The translations under genes and the position numbers were made by a program. Below, piece after piece: positions 1-7,332 of a stretch of 11,900 nt of DNA (within the stretch, counting starts at the first letter, position 1; each line of letters starts with the position of its first letter). Source of the stretch: Candidatus Thorarchaeota archaeon (lineage in GTDB: Archaea > Asgardarchaeota > Thorarchaeia > Thorarchaeales > Thorarchaeaceae); the NCBI GenBank assembly GCA_046482545.1, contig JAWOEX010000014.1, forward strand, positions 1 through 11,900, read 5' to 3'. The notes beneath the pieces are model-generated. The model did not search any database, was not told the DNA's origin, and saw nothing but the letters and a program-made list of their open reading frames with translations.

Positions 1-1103
1 TCCCACATCTTTTCCATCATCGTGGGAATGGTCGGAATAGGTCGGAGATGACACGTGTTGAGCCAGAAGCCGTTATTGTAGAGTGGTTGGACAAGATTGA
101 ACATCTCGCCCCAGTGCATCTGTGAAGCGAAATTCCCAAGATCTTTTCCTCCGTGGTCAAGTGCTATCTCTCTCACTATCTCCATTTTTCGCTGAGCCAG
201 CTGCTCGTCTGATTCCTGAACGACGGATGCAAACATGGCATGAATCTCAGGATGGCTATCCAGAAATCCTGGAAAGAATGTGTTTGTTGACTGGCGGTCT
301 GCAAGAAGATTGAGCTCTTCTGTTAAGCCTCTCTTCTGAACCTCCAAGAACGCATCTGTTGCCTTTTGCAGGTTTTCAAAGCCGAAATCACCATAGAGTT
401 TGTGTTTGGCTGCTGGATATATCTTCAGAGTAACACTGGTCTTAACACCGAGCGTCCCATGATCTCCAAGGAAAACACCCGTCATATCATTATAAGAGGA
501 GTAACGGCCGAACAGTTTGGCATCCTTATTCCAACCTGTGCCAGTGTGTAGCACATCCCCGTTCGGTAGTACGACCTCCAGTGAAACCACCCCTTCATCA
601 GAAGGTCCGAATTTCGAAGCAGCATACCCAATACTGTTTATGCTGGTGGAGCCACCAACAGTTCCGACGTTTCCGCCATACGGTCCCCTGAAACCGAGTT
701 TGTAGCCTTTCTCATCTAGCCTGTGAATCAGCTCAGCCCATCTAAGGCCCGCGCCAACAGTAACTGTCATCACGTCTTCGTCTAGATTGATGATTTCATC
801 CATCTTGACCATGTCTAGCATAACTGCCCCTTCAACTCTCGGCAAACAGGAACCACAGATTCCATTTCTACCCCCAGCAGGAATGATAGGTGTCTCGGTA
901 TCGTTGCATAGGCGCACAATTTCTTGGACTTCTTCAACCGAAGTCGGCATAACCACTATGCCTGGCCTTTCTGCCTGCAAGTGACTGGCATCTTTGCTGT
1001 AAGATGATATTATCACCTGATTGTCGTTGACCTTCTTATCTCCAACGATGTCAACCAATTGCTGGTAAAGGGGGTGTTCCCCCGCAGCCTTTACTATGGT
1101 CAA
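1..1103 (-). CDS. FAD-binding oxidoreductase, GlcD / D-2-hydroxyacid dehydrogenase-like (FAD_binding_4 family); 3' end runs off the window
   Basis: Not in the ORF track. Manual translation of the minus strand from TTG at 1103 (preceded by GAGGT) gives MTIVKAAGEHPLYQQLVDIVGDKKV...YSKDASHLQAERPGIVVMPTSVEEVQEIVRLCNDTETPIIPAGGRNGICGSCLP...VMLDMVKMDEIINLDEDVMTVTVGAGLRW...GTVGGSTSINSIG...KFG...VVSLEVVLPNGDVLHTG, the typical VAO/PCMH FAD-binding pattern. The same frame reads ...MMEKMW at the left edge. Confidence 0.92.
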   Translation of the reverse strand, partial: MTIVKAAGEHPLYQQLVDIVGDKKVNDNQVIISSYSKDASHLQAERPGIVVMPTSVEEVQEIVRLCNDTETPIIPAGGRNGICGSCLPRVEGAVMLDMVKMDEIINLDEDVMTVTVGAGLRWAELIHRLDEKGYKLGFRGPYGGNVGTVGGSTSINSIGYAASKFGPSDEGVVSLEVVLPNGDVLHTGTGWNKDAKLFGRYSSYNDMTGVFLGDHGTLGVKTSVTLKIYPAAKHKLYGDFGFENLQKATDAFLEVQKRGLTEELNLLADRQSTNTFFPGFLDSHPEIHAMFASVVQESDEQLAQRKMEIVREIALDHGGKDLGNFASQMHWGEMFNLVQPLYNNGFWLNTCHLRPIPTIPTMMEKMW

Positions 1104-1225
1104 ATCAGAACCTCTTCTAGGGCGTTGCAGTCCGAATATAAGTACTAAACGATATGGGAAAGCTCATGGTCAGAAAAATAGAACCTTTATCTTGATGCCG
1201 GTATCCTTTGTCGCGAGGACGTTGA

Positions 1226-1708
1226 ATGAGTAAAATCGCGGTGGTACTAGGTCGAGGCGGTCATACAGCCCAGACATTCTCCCTGGTAGATCTCTTAGGT
1301 GAGCGTTTCGAGTACGTGTACCTCATTGGGATTCTTGATTCCTTGACGCCGAAAAAGGTTCGAATAGACGGTCTCATATTGCCAGTTTTTCCCCCACGCC
1401 TTTTGCCACAAGATTCGAGAATCCTCTCGGCAGTTCGAACAGTTCTAACGCTCATTCTCAGTTTCTTTTACTTGGCAGTTATTCGTCCTGTTGCTGCCAT
1501 CAGTTGCGGCACCGGGATGACGATTCCCGTCTTCTTGGCTGCTCGTATGCTGGGCATTCCAACGGTCTTCATCGAAAGCATGTCCCGCGTGGAGAACCTA
1601 TCAATTACGGGAAAGTTCCTTTTGAATCGCACTGATCTGTTCATGGTTCAGTGGCCGCAATTGGCGCAACAACTAGAAGGTGCAATATATGGAGGTCAAC
1701 TTCTTTGA
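1226..1708 (+). CDS. alg14: Alg14-like UDP-GlcNAc transferase acceptor-binding subunit (Alg14/PssD family)
   Basis: 160 aa with VVLGRGGHT (GxGGH motif), ISCGTG..IP, VFIESMSRVENLSITGK and DLFMVQWPQL, all characteristic of Alg14. The stop codon overlaps the start of the next gene. Confidence 0.92.
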   Translation: MSKIAVVLGRGGHTAQTFSLVDLLGERFEYVYLIGILDSLTPKKVRIDGLILPVFPPRLLPQDSRILSAVRTVLTLILSFFYLAVIRPVAAISCGTGMTIPVFLAARMLGIPTVFIESMSRVENLSITGKFLLNRTDLFMVQWPQLAQQLEGAIYGGQLL

Positions 1709-2169
1709 TTTTCGTAACAGTCGGCACCGCCCATTATGATCCTCTAATCCGGCGTATGGATAAGCTTGTAGAAGAGGGGAAAATTGAAGATCGTATAATC
1801 GGTCAGATTGGGCGGGGGCGGTACGAGCCATCCAACTTCAGGTATTTTCGATTCATCTCTTCTTTGGAACCGGCCTACAAAGCCGCTGATGTCATCGTAA
1901 GTACAGGTGGGGCCGGTACAACTATGGAATGCGTACAGAAAGGCCTCAAGCTAGTGGTTATCGAAAATACAACTCTTATGGAGGGTCATCAATCTCAATT
2001 GATCGGTGAAATGGCTCGTAGAGGCCATCTTCTATGGTGTAAGGACTTGGAGGATCTACCGAAACGAATCAAAGAGGCTAAAGGACGAAGCTTTGACCCC
2101 TTCGTAAGTGACAAACCTAGGGCCCATCTTTACATATTGAAGATGCTTCAAGAGCTACGGGAATGTTGA
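1705..2169 (+). CDS. alg13: Alg13-like UDP-GlcNAc transferase catalytic subunit (GT28 C-terminal / PssE family)
   Basis: Start moved from 1651 to TTG at 1705: TTGA overlap with the alg14 stop, GGAGG at 1691-1695, and the canonical N-terminus MIFVTVGT. Also contains IGQIG, ADVIVSTGGAGT and LMEGHQ. Confidence 0.92.
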   Translation: MIFVTVGTAHYDPLIRRMDKLVEEGKIEDRIIGQIGRGRYEPSNFRYFRFISSLEPAYKAADVIVSTGGAGTTMECVQKGLKLVVIENTTLMEGHQSQLIGEMARRGHLLWCKDLEDLPKRIKEAKGRSFDPFVSDKPRAHLYILKMLQELREC

Positions 2170-2425
2170 GTTTTATACGGTACGTGGTTTTACAATGGAT
2201 TTCCCTTCTTCTTTCCATTTCGCGCGAAATAGCATCTCTTCATAACCATGTTACTGGACGAGTAGGGCCCTCTTCTTATCCTGATTCCTACCCAGGTAAT
2301 ACCCAGAGATAGTTCCCACTATTGCGCTGATTTGATGGTCTCTTTATATTCACTCGCGACTTATTCCACTCGAAACAGAGGCTAGTAATATTCAGTTCTC
2401 TGATTTCAACCAGGAAGAGACAACC

Positions 2426-3160
2426 ATGGCAAGTGGAAAACAAATCGAAGTCCGAGGAGTCGGTCTTGCAGTCAAACTGTACCGAATAAAAGGTCTCGAT
2501 ATGACTGCAACGAAGCTGGCTGCTCTGCTAAGAGATCACGAATACGCTCCCGAAGATGACAGAGATATCACATCCGGATTTGTATCAGCACGAAAGAGCG
2601 GAGATTTTGTCAATGCCGAATTTGCGGCAGGATTTACGGTATCTGTCTCGAAGTATGACAAAGATGGGAATAGGGTCTTCGAAGACTACGTCAGTGTTGA
2701 CAATGCGGACATTATCATCAAAGTCGACCGGGGGACAATCGAGCTAAGGGGACCTTTGAGAGTAGCCGGAAAGTTCTTGCGAAGCTTCATGAACATTACT
2801 GATGCTGTTGTGACGCCCTTGAATCTTGACGGGGGAACCCGAAAGCTGTTCGATAGGGCATCTGAGATATCTTCTGTAATTCTGAGCGGTGTTGAGAAGG
2901 GTAATCTCAAGCAAGCCGAATTCAGTGGCGAAGGGATACAAACCGAAGAAGAAATTGGTCTCTATACGCGGAGATACAACGCTCATATTAGCAGGTTCAG
3001 AGGTAAATTCGACTATCCGAGCAAAACCATGTATACGACCTACATAAATGCCCCAGAAGGCTCTTTTGTGATGTATCGAAGAGGTAAAGGCATCAACGAA
3101 GATGATCTAAATTGGTTAGTTGAACTGATGGAAGAATCAGCACTTGAAGCAGTTGGCTGA
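2426..3160 (+). CDS. Uncharacterised alpha/beta protein, 244 aa
   Basis: Long ORF with ATG start, protein-like composition and alternating strand/helix pattern, followed by a hairpin and T-tract. No catalytic motif recognised. Confidence 0.8.
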   Translation: MASGKQIEVRGVGLAVKLYRIKGLDMTATKLAALLRDHEYAPEDDRDITSGFVSARKSGDFVNAEFAAGFTVSVSKYDKDGNRVFEDYVSVDNADIIIKVDRGTIELRGPLRVAGKFLRSFMNITDAVVTPLNLDGGTRKLFDRASEISSVILSGVEKGNLKQAEFSGEGIQTEEEIGLYTRRYNAHISRFRGKFDYPSKTMYTTYINAPEGSFVMYRRGKGINEDDLNWLVELMEESALEAVG

Positions 3161-3162
3161 AC

Positions 3163-3207
3163 ACCGGGTTGGATAGGCTGTCCTTCCCCGGTATCCTATT
3201 TTTATTT
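3163..3207 (+). terminator. Hairpin plus T-rich tract between convergent genes, probable terminator
   Basis: ACCGGG (3163-3168) pairs with CCCGGT (3187-3192), with an inner GGATA/TGTCC stem, followed by CCTATTTTTATTT. It begins 2 nt after the TGA at 3160. Confidence 0.5.
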
Positions 3208-3241
3208 CAAATTAGAACTGGTCTGACAGTATACGTCCGGA

Positions 3242-3541
3242 TTATTGTTTCATAAGTTCATCAGTTCGCTTCAAGCCTATGATCGTTCGGGTATTATCCA
3301 CGTACCAGCGTGTCTTATCTCTAAACTTCGGCCAGAACTGGAAGAATCGCTCGGCTTCTTCGGTTTGCAGCATAAGGAAACCATTCCATTCTGAGCCCCA
3401 GGCGTAACTGAAATCACCGATGATTTGGATATCTTCTGGCCACTCCTCGTCGGTGAATTGCAACCAGAATTCCCTGGCCTTCTCTGATTCCTCGGGATTG
3501 AGAAGCTTGAACCTGTAGAACACAACAAACGCATAGGTCAT
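3242..3541 (-). CDS. Small dimeric alpha-beta barrel (ferredoxin-like) protein, chlorite dismutase/darcynin/GYD-like
   Basis: 99 aa, aromatic-rich, with a beta-alpha-beta-beta-alpha-beta pattern: YAFVVFYRF, helix, IQIIGDFSYAWGSEWNGFLMLQT, helix, YVDNTRTIIG. The fold is inferred from the pattern only. Confidence 0.6.
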   Translation of the reverse strand: MTYAFVVFYRFKLLNPEESEKAREFWLQFTDEEWPEDIQIIGDFSYAWGSEWNGFLMLQTEEAERFFQFWPKFRDKTRWYVDNTRTIIGLKRTDELMKQ

Positions 3542-3616
3542 CTGAGTCTAACCAAGGGAGACAAGGACGCAATGCATTAAAAAGATTAGCGCTGGAACCA
3601 GTGTTGAGGCCAGACA

Positions 3617-4345
3617 GTGGAACGCGATCACAGGATTGTGGAGCGTGAATACAGACATGCAAGTGTTCCATATCAATTTCAGTGGAATATAATCAATCAT
3701 AGAGAACTAGGTAAAGTCAAAGGTGACCTTGCAGCTTTATGGGCACACCTAGAGACAGTCCGAGACGGTGGCATCCCTACCGAGCCATTCAGTAGCCCTT
3801 TCTATGCTCGTGCCTCTTCGCTACGATTTGAATCAATGTCAAAGGCGCAACTGGTCGGACTGAGAAAGCGTCTCATGAAGAATGGCTATATCATTCGAGA
3901 CCTTGAGAATGAACTCGTAGAACAGATTCGACACTATCACCGAGAGTTAGGTGATAACTCCTATCGAGCCAATCATTCCATTCTTCGTGAGTTTCTAAGC
4001 CACGATACGAATGCGATTGCTGTTGAGGTTCCCGTCTGGTCAACAAAGCACTCCATTTCGGGTCATATTGATTTGGTTCGCTATGCAGATGGTGCAATAC
4101 AGGTTTGCGACTACAAACCTGGCCGGTTGGACAAGACAGCAACACGATTCACAAAGTCAATCCCTCAGGTCGCTGCCTACGGCGAAATGATGGCTCACCG
4201 TCTTGCAGTTCCCCTGCGAGAGGCTTTGGATGCATCTAGGCTTCCGGCTATCGAGTGTTGTATCTTCGATAGTCATTCTTGCTGGAAATTTGGAGCGGAG
4301 CTATTCATCAACCTCTTAGCCTCAGAGATGATTTCGGGAGTCTAA
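3617..4345 (+). CDS. PD-(D/E)xK superfamily nuclease (RecB/PDDEXK_1-like)
   Basis: Motifs AVEVPVW, SGHIDLV, VCDYKPG and PQVAAY form the E...GxID...DYK...QxxxY signature. GTG start preceded by GAGG. Confidence 0.85.
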   Translation: MERDHRIVEREYRHASVPYQFQWNIINHRELGKVKGDLAALWAHLETVRDGGIPTEPFSSPFYARASSLRFESMSKAQLVGLRKRLMKNGYIIRDLENELVEQIRHYHRELGDNSYRANHSILREFLSHDTNAIAVEVPVWSTKHSISGHIDLVRYADGAIQVCDYKPGRLDKTATRFTKSIPQVAAYGEMMAHRLAVPLREALDASRLPAIECCIFDSHSCWKFGAELFINLLASEMISGV

Positions 4346-4349
4346 TCGA

Positions 4350-5177
4350 CTAGATGGAAACAACAGACATCCTAATCTGTTCGGAAATATCCACTCTGTT
4401 TGAGCCATTGCCATTGAGTTTTACACTGAAGCTCGGTCTTTCAGAAACAAGCCCCTCCCGAATTCTTGAGAAATACTTCTCATTAAGGATGCCAAAGCTA
4501 CCCAATGATGCATCAATTGGAACCCATCCCCGATTGTGGATGAATACTTCGGACCAAGCATGAGGCTCAGGCTTGGAGTTTCCCTTGAATAGGTGACCCA
4601 CTACCCTTCTAGCGGGCATTCCAATCGAACGTGCAACAGCCACAAATATATCTGCGCACTCATCGCAATCTCCTTCTTCTTCCCGAAGAGCTCTTGCAGC
4701 GCCTTTCCTTTCAGCTAGATGCCTTCTCAGCTTTATCCTTTGCTTCGCTAGTTCAAAGACCAAACGTGATAACGATTCGTCTTCGTCTGCAGCTCTCTTT
4801 ATGTGTTCTGCGATTTCATTAACCAGTGGATCCCTAATTTCCCAGTACTTGTCTGGATTACAATACTGTTGTTGAAGTTCTCTTAGAGCAGCATAGTTTG
4901 TTCCATTGGCTTCCATAAGCCAATCCCTAGTTGTTGTGTCTAGGCGAAGGATGACAGTAGGATTGAAACTCTCGCCTGGGCTCAGTTCAGGCAGATTCAG
5001 GGTAGCAACCATATTCTTTTCCAACTGTTCGGTTACTCTTGCTGGAGGAAAGACATCAAAGCTGTCAACGAACTGATTTCTCATGTCTGTGTAGAGATGC
5101 CAAGTAAGCCTTCCTTCGTCGATTGCGTCCTCACCGGTATTCTTGATTCTTCCCTTCATCTCAATGAGAAATCGCAA
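4350..5177 (-). CDS. Transglutaminase-like (Cys-His-Asp) domain protein, putative cysteine protease
   Basis: GDCDECAD...ARSIGMPARRVVG...HAWSEVFI...GWVPIDAS is the transglutaminase core with an intact triad. There is an N-terminal beta-rich domain and no signal peptide. The TTG start is uncertain. Confidence 0.9.
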   Translation of the reverse strand: MRFLIEMKGRIKNTGEDAIDEGRLTWHLYTDMRNQFVDSFDVFPPARVTEQLEKNMVATLNLPELSPGESFNPTVILRLDTTTRDWLMEANGTNYAALRELQQQYCNPDKYWEIRDPLVNEIAEHIKRAADEDESLSRLVFELAKQRIKLRRHLAERKGAARALREEEGDCDECADIFVAVARSIGMPARRVVGHLFKGNSKPEPHAWSEVFIHNRGWVPIDASLGSFGILNEKYFSRIREGLVSERPSFSVKLNGNGSNRVDISEQIRMSVVSI

Positions 5178-5291
5178 CTCTGTATCTCCCGAGCTTAGAA
5201 CTACCAGAGCCCTGAATAGATTTATGTGTTACCCACGTTCTGAATAACCAGCCATGCTTGCATGTACTGTTACTGAAAATGAGGTCTTCTA

Positions 5292-6746
5292 ATGGCGGAT
5301 GAAGAGAGAAGAAGAATAGGAGATTCTGATGAAGTCGTTGATAAGATGCTGGATGACTTGGGTGTTGATGAGGAGATCAAGCAAGAGCTCATCGAATCAG
5401 GCCGAATCTCAGTTGATGTCTTCAGGGTTGCTTCAGCAGATCAGGTCCGCAGAAGAATCGAGATTGAAAAGAGCATGGATAGATTTAGAGAAAACCTGAA
5501 CAAGCTCGAACACCATCTCGATTATGTTGATAATTCTATTGATCGGATAGAGCGAGATTTGATCCCGGTGGTGTTGTCTTTTCTTGTTGGGTTGAAAGGT
5601 GACTTGGTTAACCTGCGGGGCACCATAATTGGCAGGAGCAAGCGAAGAGCAAAGACAAACCTTCAGGCAGAGTATGTTGAAAGCCAAGTCAAGAGTATTG
5701 TGAAGGAAGAATTCAGTGAGGTCGAGGAGACTCTCACATCAGGCATGTCCACGCCTGTTTTGGGTAAGGTTAGAAACCTAGCGGATAGCCTAAGTGAATC
5801 TATTAAAACGACCTATGAAGAATTCAATGCTCTCAAGTCGAGCATCGATGATTATGTTCAGAAAACCTCTACCGAGCTTGAGTTCTTATCAAAAGAGCTT
5901 ACAATGAAGCCAGAGCCAACTGTTCCGAAAGAAGTCAAAAATGAGATGAAACAGCTCCGATCTCGAATCGATAATCTTGAACGGGAAATAGGAGTGGCAA
6001 GAGAGAAGCTTCAGAATCGGGAGTCGGAAATTGAAACCCTGAAAGACAGACTACAATCTATGACTGCAACCAAGCAGAGTTTAGAGGAGCACATTGCTGA
6101 GATAGAAACAGCTCCAGGTGAAGAAGCTGAAATGGTGGCTGACCTACGCCAACGGGTGAAATCCCTTGAAGCCTCGAAGGATGTTGTTGAGCGGAAACTT
6201 GAAGAAACCCGAGAACAGAATGCGAATCTTGTCGCACAAAACCGGGAGTACAAGAACAAACTGGTTGAAAGAAAACTTGAGATAGAAGAACTGACTACAC
6301 AAATCAACCAGCTGAATGATGCACTGGAACAGATGAAGGAAAAAACCGAGACTGTTGATGATCTTCGGGCTCGAATTCGGTCCTTTGAGTCAGGTGATAA
6401 GGCACGAGAGCTTGAACGGACAAAGAGCGAATTGGAACGAGTATCCGCGAGTCTTGAACGACTGGAGAATGACTACGAATCAACAGAGAAAGAACTCGCT
6501 GTAACGAGTCAGAGATTGGAGGGTTATCTCGGCTTGATGAATAGAACTGAAAAGACCAAAGCCTTTCTCATGGTCGAAGAACATGGCGAGATGTCTCTAA
6601 GAGAGATTGCTCGTTCCCTAGGTGTAGCACCTGCTGTTGTTCGACAATGGGCCGAAGAATTCCAAGAGATGGGAATTGCAGAAATGAAGGATGATCAAAA
6701 ACTATTGCTTGGAGAGAAAATGGAAAAACCAATTAGTGAAGATTGA
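5292..6746 (+). CDS. Long coiled-coil protein with C-terminal winged helix-turn-helix
   Basis: 484 aa, E/K/R/L-rich heptads over roughly residues 215-415. C-terminus AFLMVEEHGEMSLREIARSLGVAPAVVRQWAEEFQEMGIAEMKDD fits a wHTH. No Walker A/B motif. GAGGT precedes the ATG. Confidence 0.85.
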   Translation: MADEERRRIGDSDEVVDKMLDDLGVDEEIKQELIESGRISVDVFRVASADQVRRRIEIEKSMDRFRENLNKLEHHLDYVDNSIDRIERDLIPVVLSFLVGLKGDLVNLRGTIIGRSKRRAKTNLQAEYVESQVKSIVKEEFSEVEETLTSGMSTPVLGKVRNLADSLSESIKTTYEEFNALKSSIDDYVQKTSTELEFLSKELTMKPEPTVPKEVKNEMKQLRSRIDNLEREIGVAREKLQNRESEIETLKDRLQSMTATKQSLEEHIAEIETAPGEEAEMVADLRQRVKSLEASKDVVERKLEETREQNANLVAQNREYKNKLVERKLEIEELTTQINQLNDALEQMKEKTETVDDLRARIRSFESGDKARELERTKSELERVSASLERLENDYESTEKELAVTSQRLEGYLGLMNRTEKTKAFLMVEEHGEMSLREIARSLGVAPAVVRQWAEEFQEMGIAEMKDDQKLLLGEKMEKPISED

Positions 6747-6756
6747 ATTTCGCCCG

Positions 6757-7194
6757 CTAAACGCCGACAACTCGTTCAATAAATTCGCCAATTTCCAGTA
6801 GCTCATCGAGTAACAAAGCGCCATCGTATAGGCATTCCATTTGTTCTTCTGATTCCTTATTGCCTTCGAGATAGTGCTTCATTGCAGGGCGCAGAACAGT
6901 GTGAACATATTGGCTCCGCAAATCTTCGAGTGCAGAGACTAAACCCTGCTTAATCCGGTTGCCTTTGGCGAGCTTTCCGATTCTTTTTATCTCTTCTGGA
7001 CAGGTTGGTCTTGCGGGGTCAAGAGCGTCTGATGATAAGAGGTTTTCTCTGAGGAGTTGCATATACATGTGTTGAGCCTCCTCAGGATTCTGGATGGCTT
7101 GATATTTCGCGTTAGTGCATTCTTCAAGGAAAGGTCGCCTGGACTTGGCTAGTCTATTCATCAGGACGCCAATTTCGTCAAATGACTTGCCCAT
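6757..7194 (-). CDS. Hypothetical all-helical protein, 145 aa
   Basis: ATG-initiated ORF that fills the gap between flanking genes and ends 10 nt from the convergent stop at 6746. Amphipathic helical pattern; no family recognised. Confidence 0.7.
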   Translation of the reverse strand: MGKSFDEIGVLMNRLAKSRRPFLEECTNAKYQAIQNPEEAQHMYMQLLRENLLSSDALDPARPTCPEEIKRIGKLAKGNRIKQGLVSALEDLRSQYVHTVLRPAMKHYLEGNKESEEQMECLYDGALLLDELLEIGEFIERVVGV

Positions 7195-7332
7195 GAGGAA
7201 TTACCTACTCAATGAGTAAAGAGAATCTCCTTTTATTTCTGTCTTGGAGCACGACATCAGATATTCTTTTTCCACTTTATGATGTGAGACACCATAACAG
7301 GCATAAGAACTGATGTGTACTTGATAGTCGCA

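Noticed and set aside
122-984. Four short plus-strand ORFs (122-313, 366-551, 517-705, 787-984)
   Set aside because: They are antisense shadows of the minus-strand FAD oxidoreductase, which has clear family motifs.
1651-1704. Extended N-terminus of Alg13 given in the ORF track
   Set aside because: It overlaps alg14. TTG 1705 has an RBS and gives the canonical MIFVTVGT start.
3158-3226. Selenocysteine readthrough of the TGA at 3158-3160 with the adjacent hairpin as SECIS
   Set aside because: There is no redox-motif context, the hairpin lacks a recognisable SECIS core, and the T-tract between convergent genes fits a terminator better.
3617-4345. Cas4 / CRISPR locus
   Set aside because: No Cas4 Fe-S cysteine pattern, no other cas genes and no repeat-spacer array in the window.
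5292-6746. SMC/Rad50 ATPase
   Set aside because: No Walker A, signature or Walker B motifs and no zinc hook.
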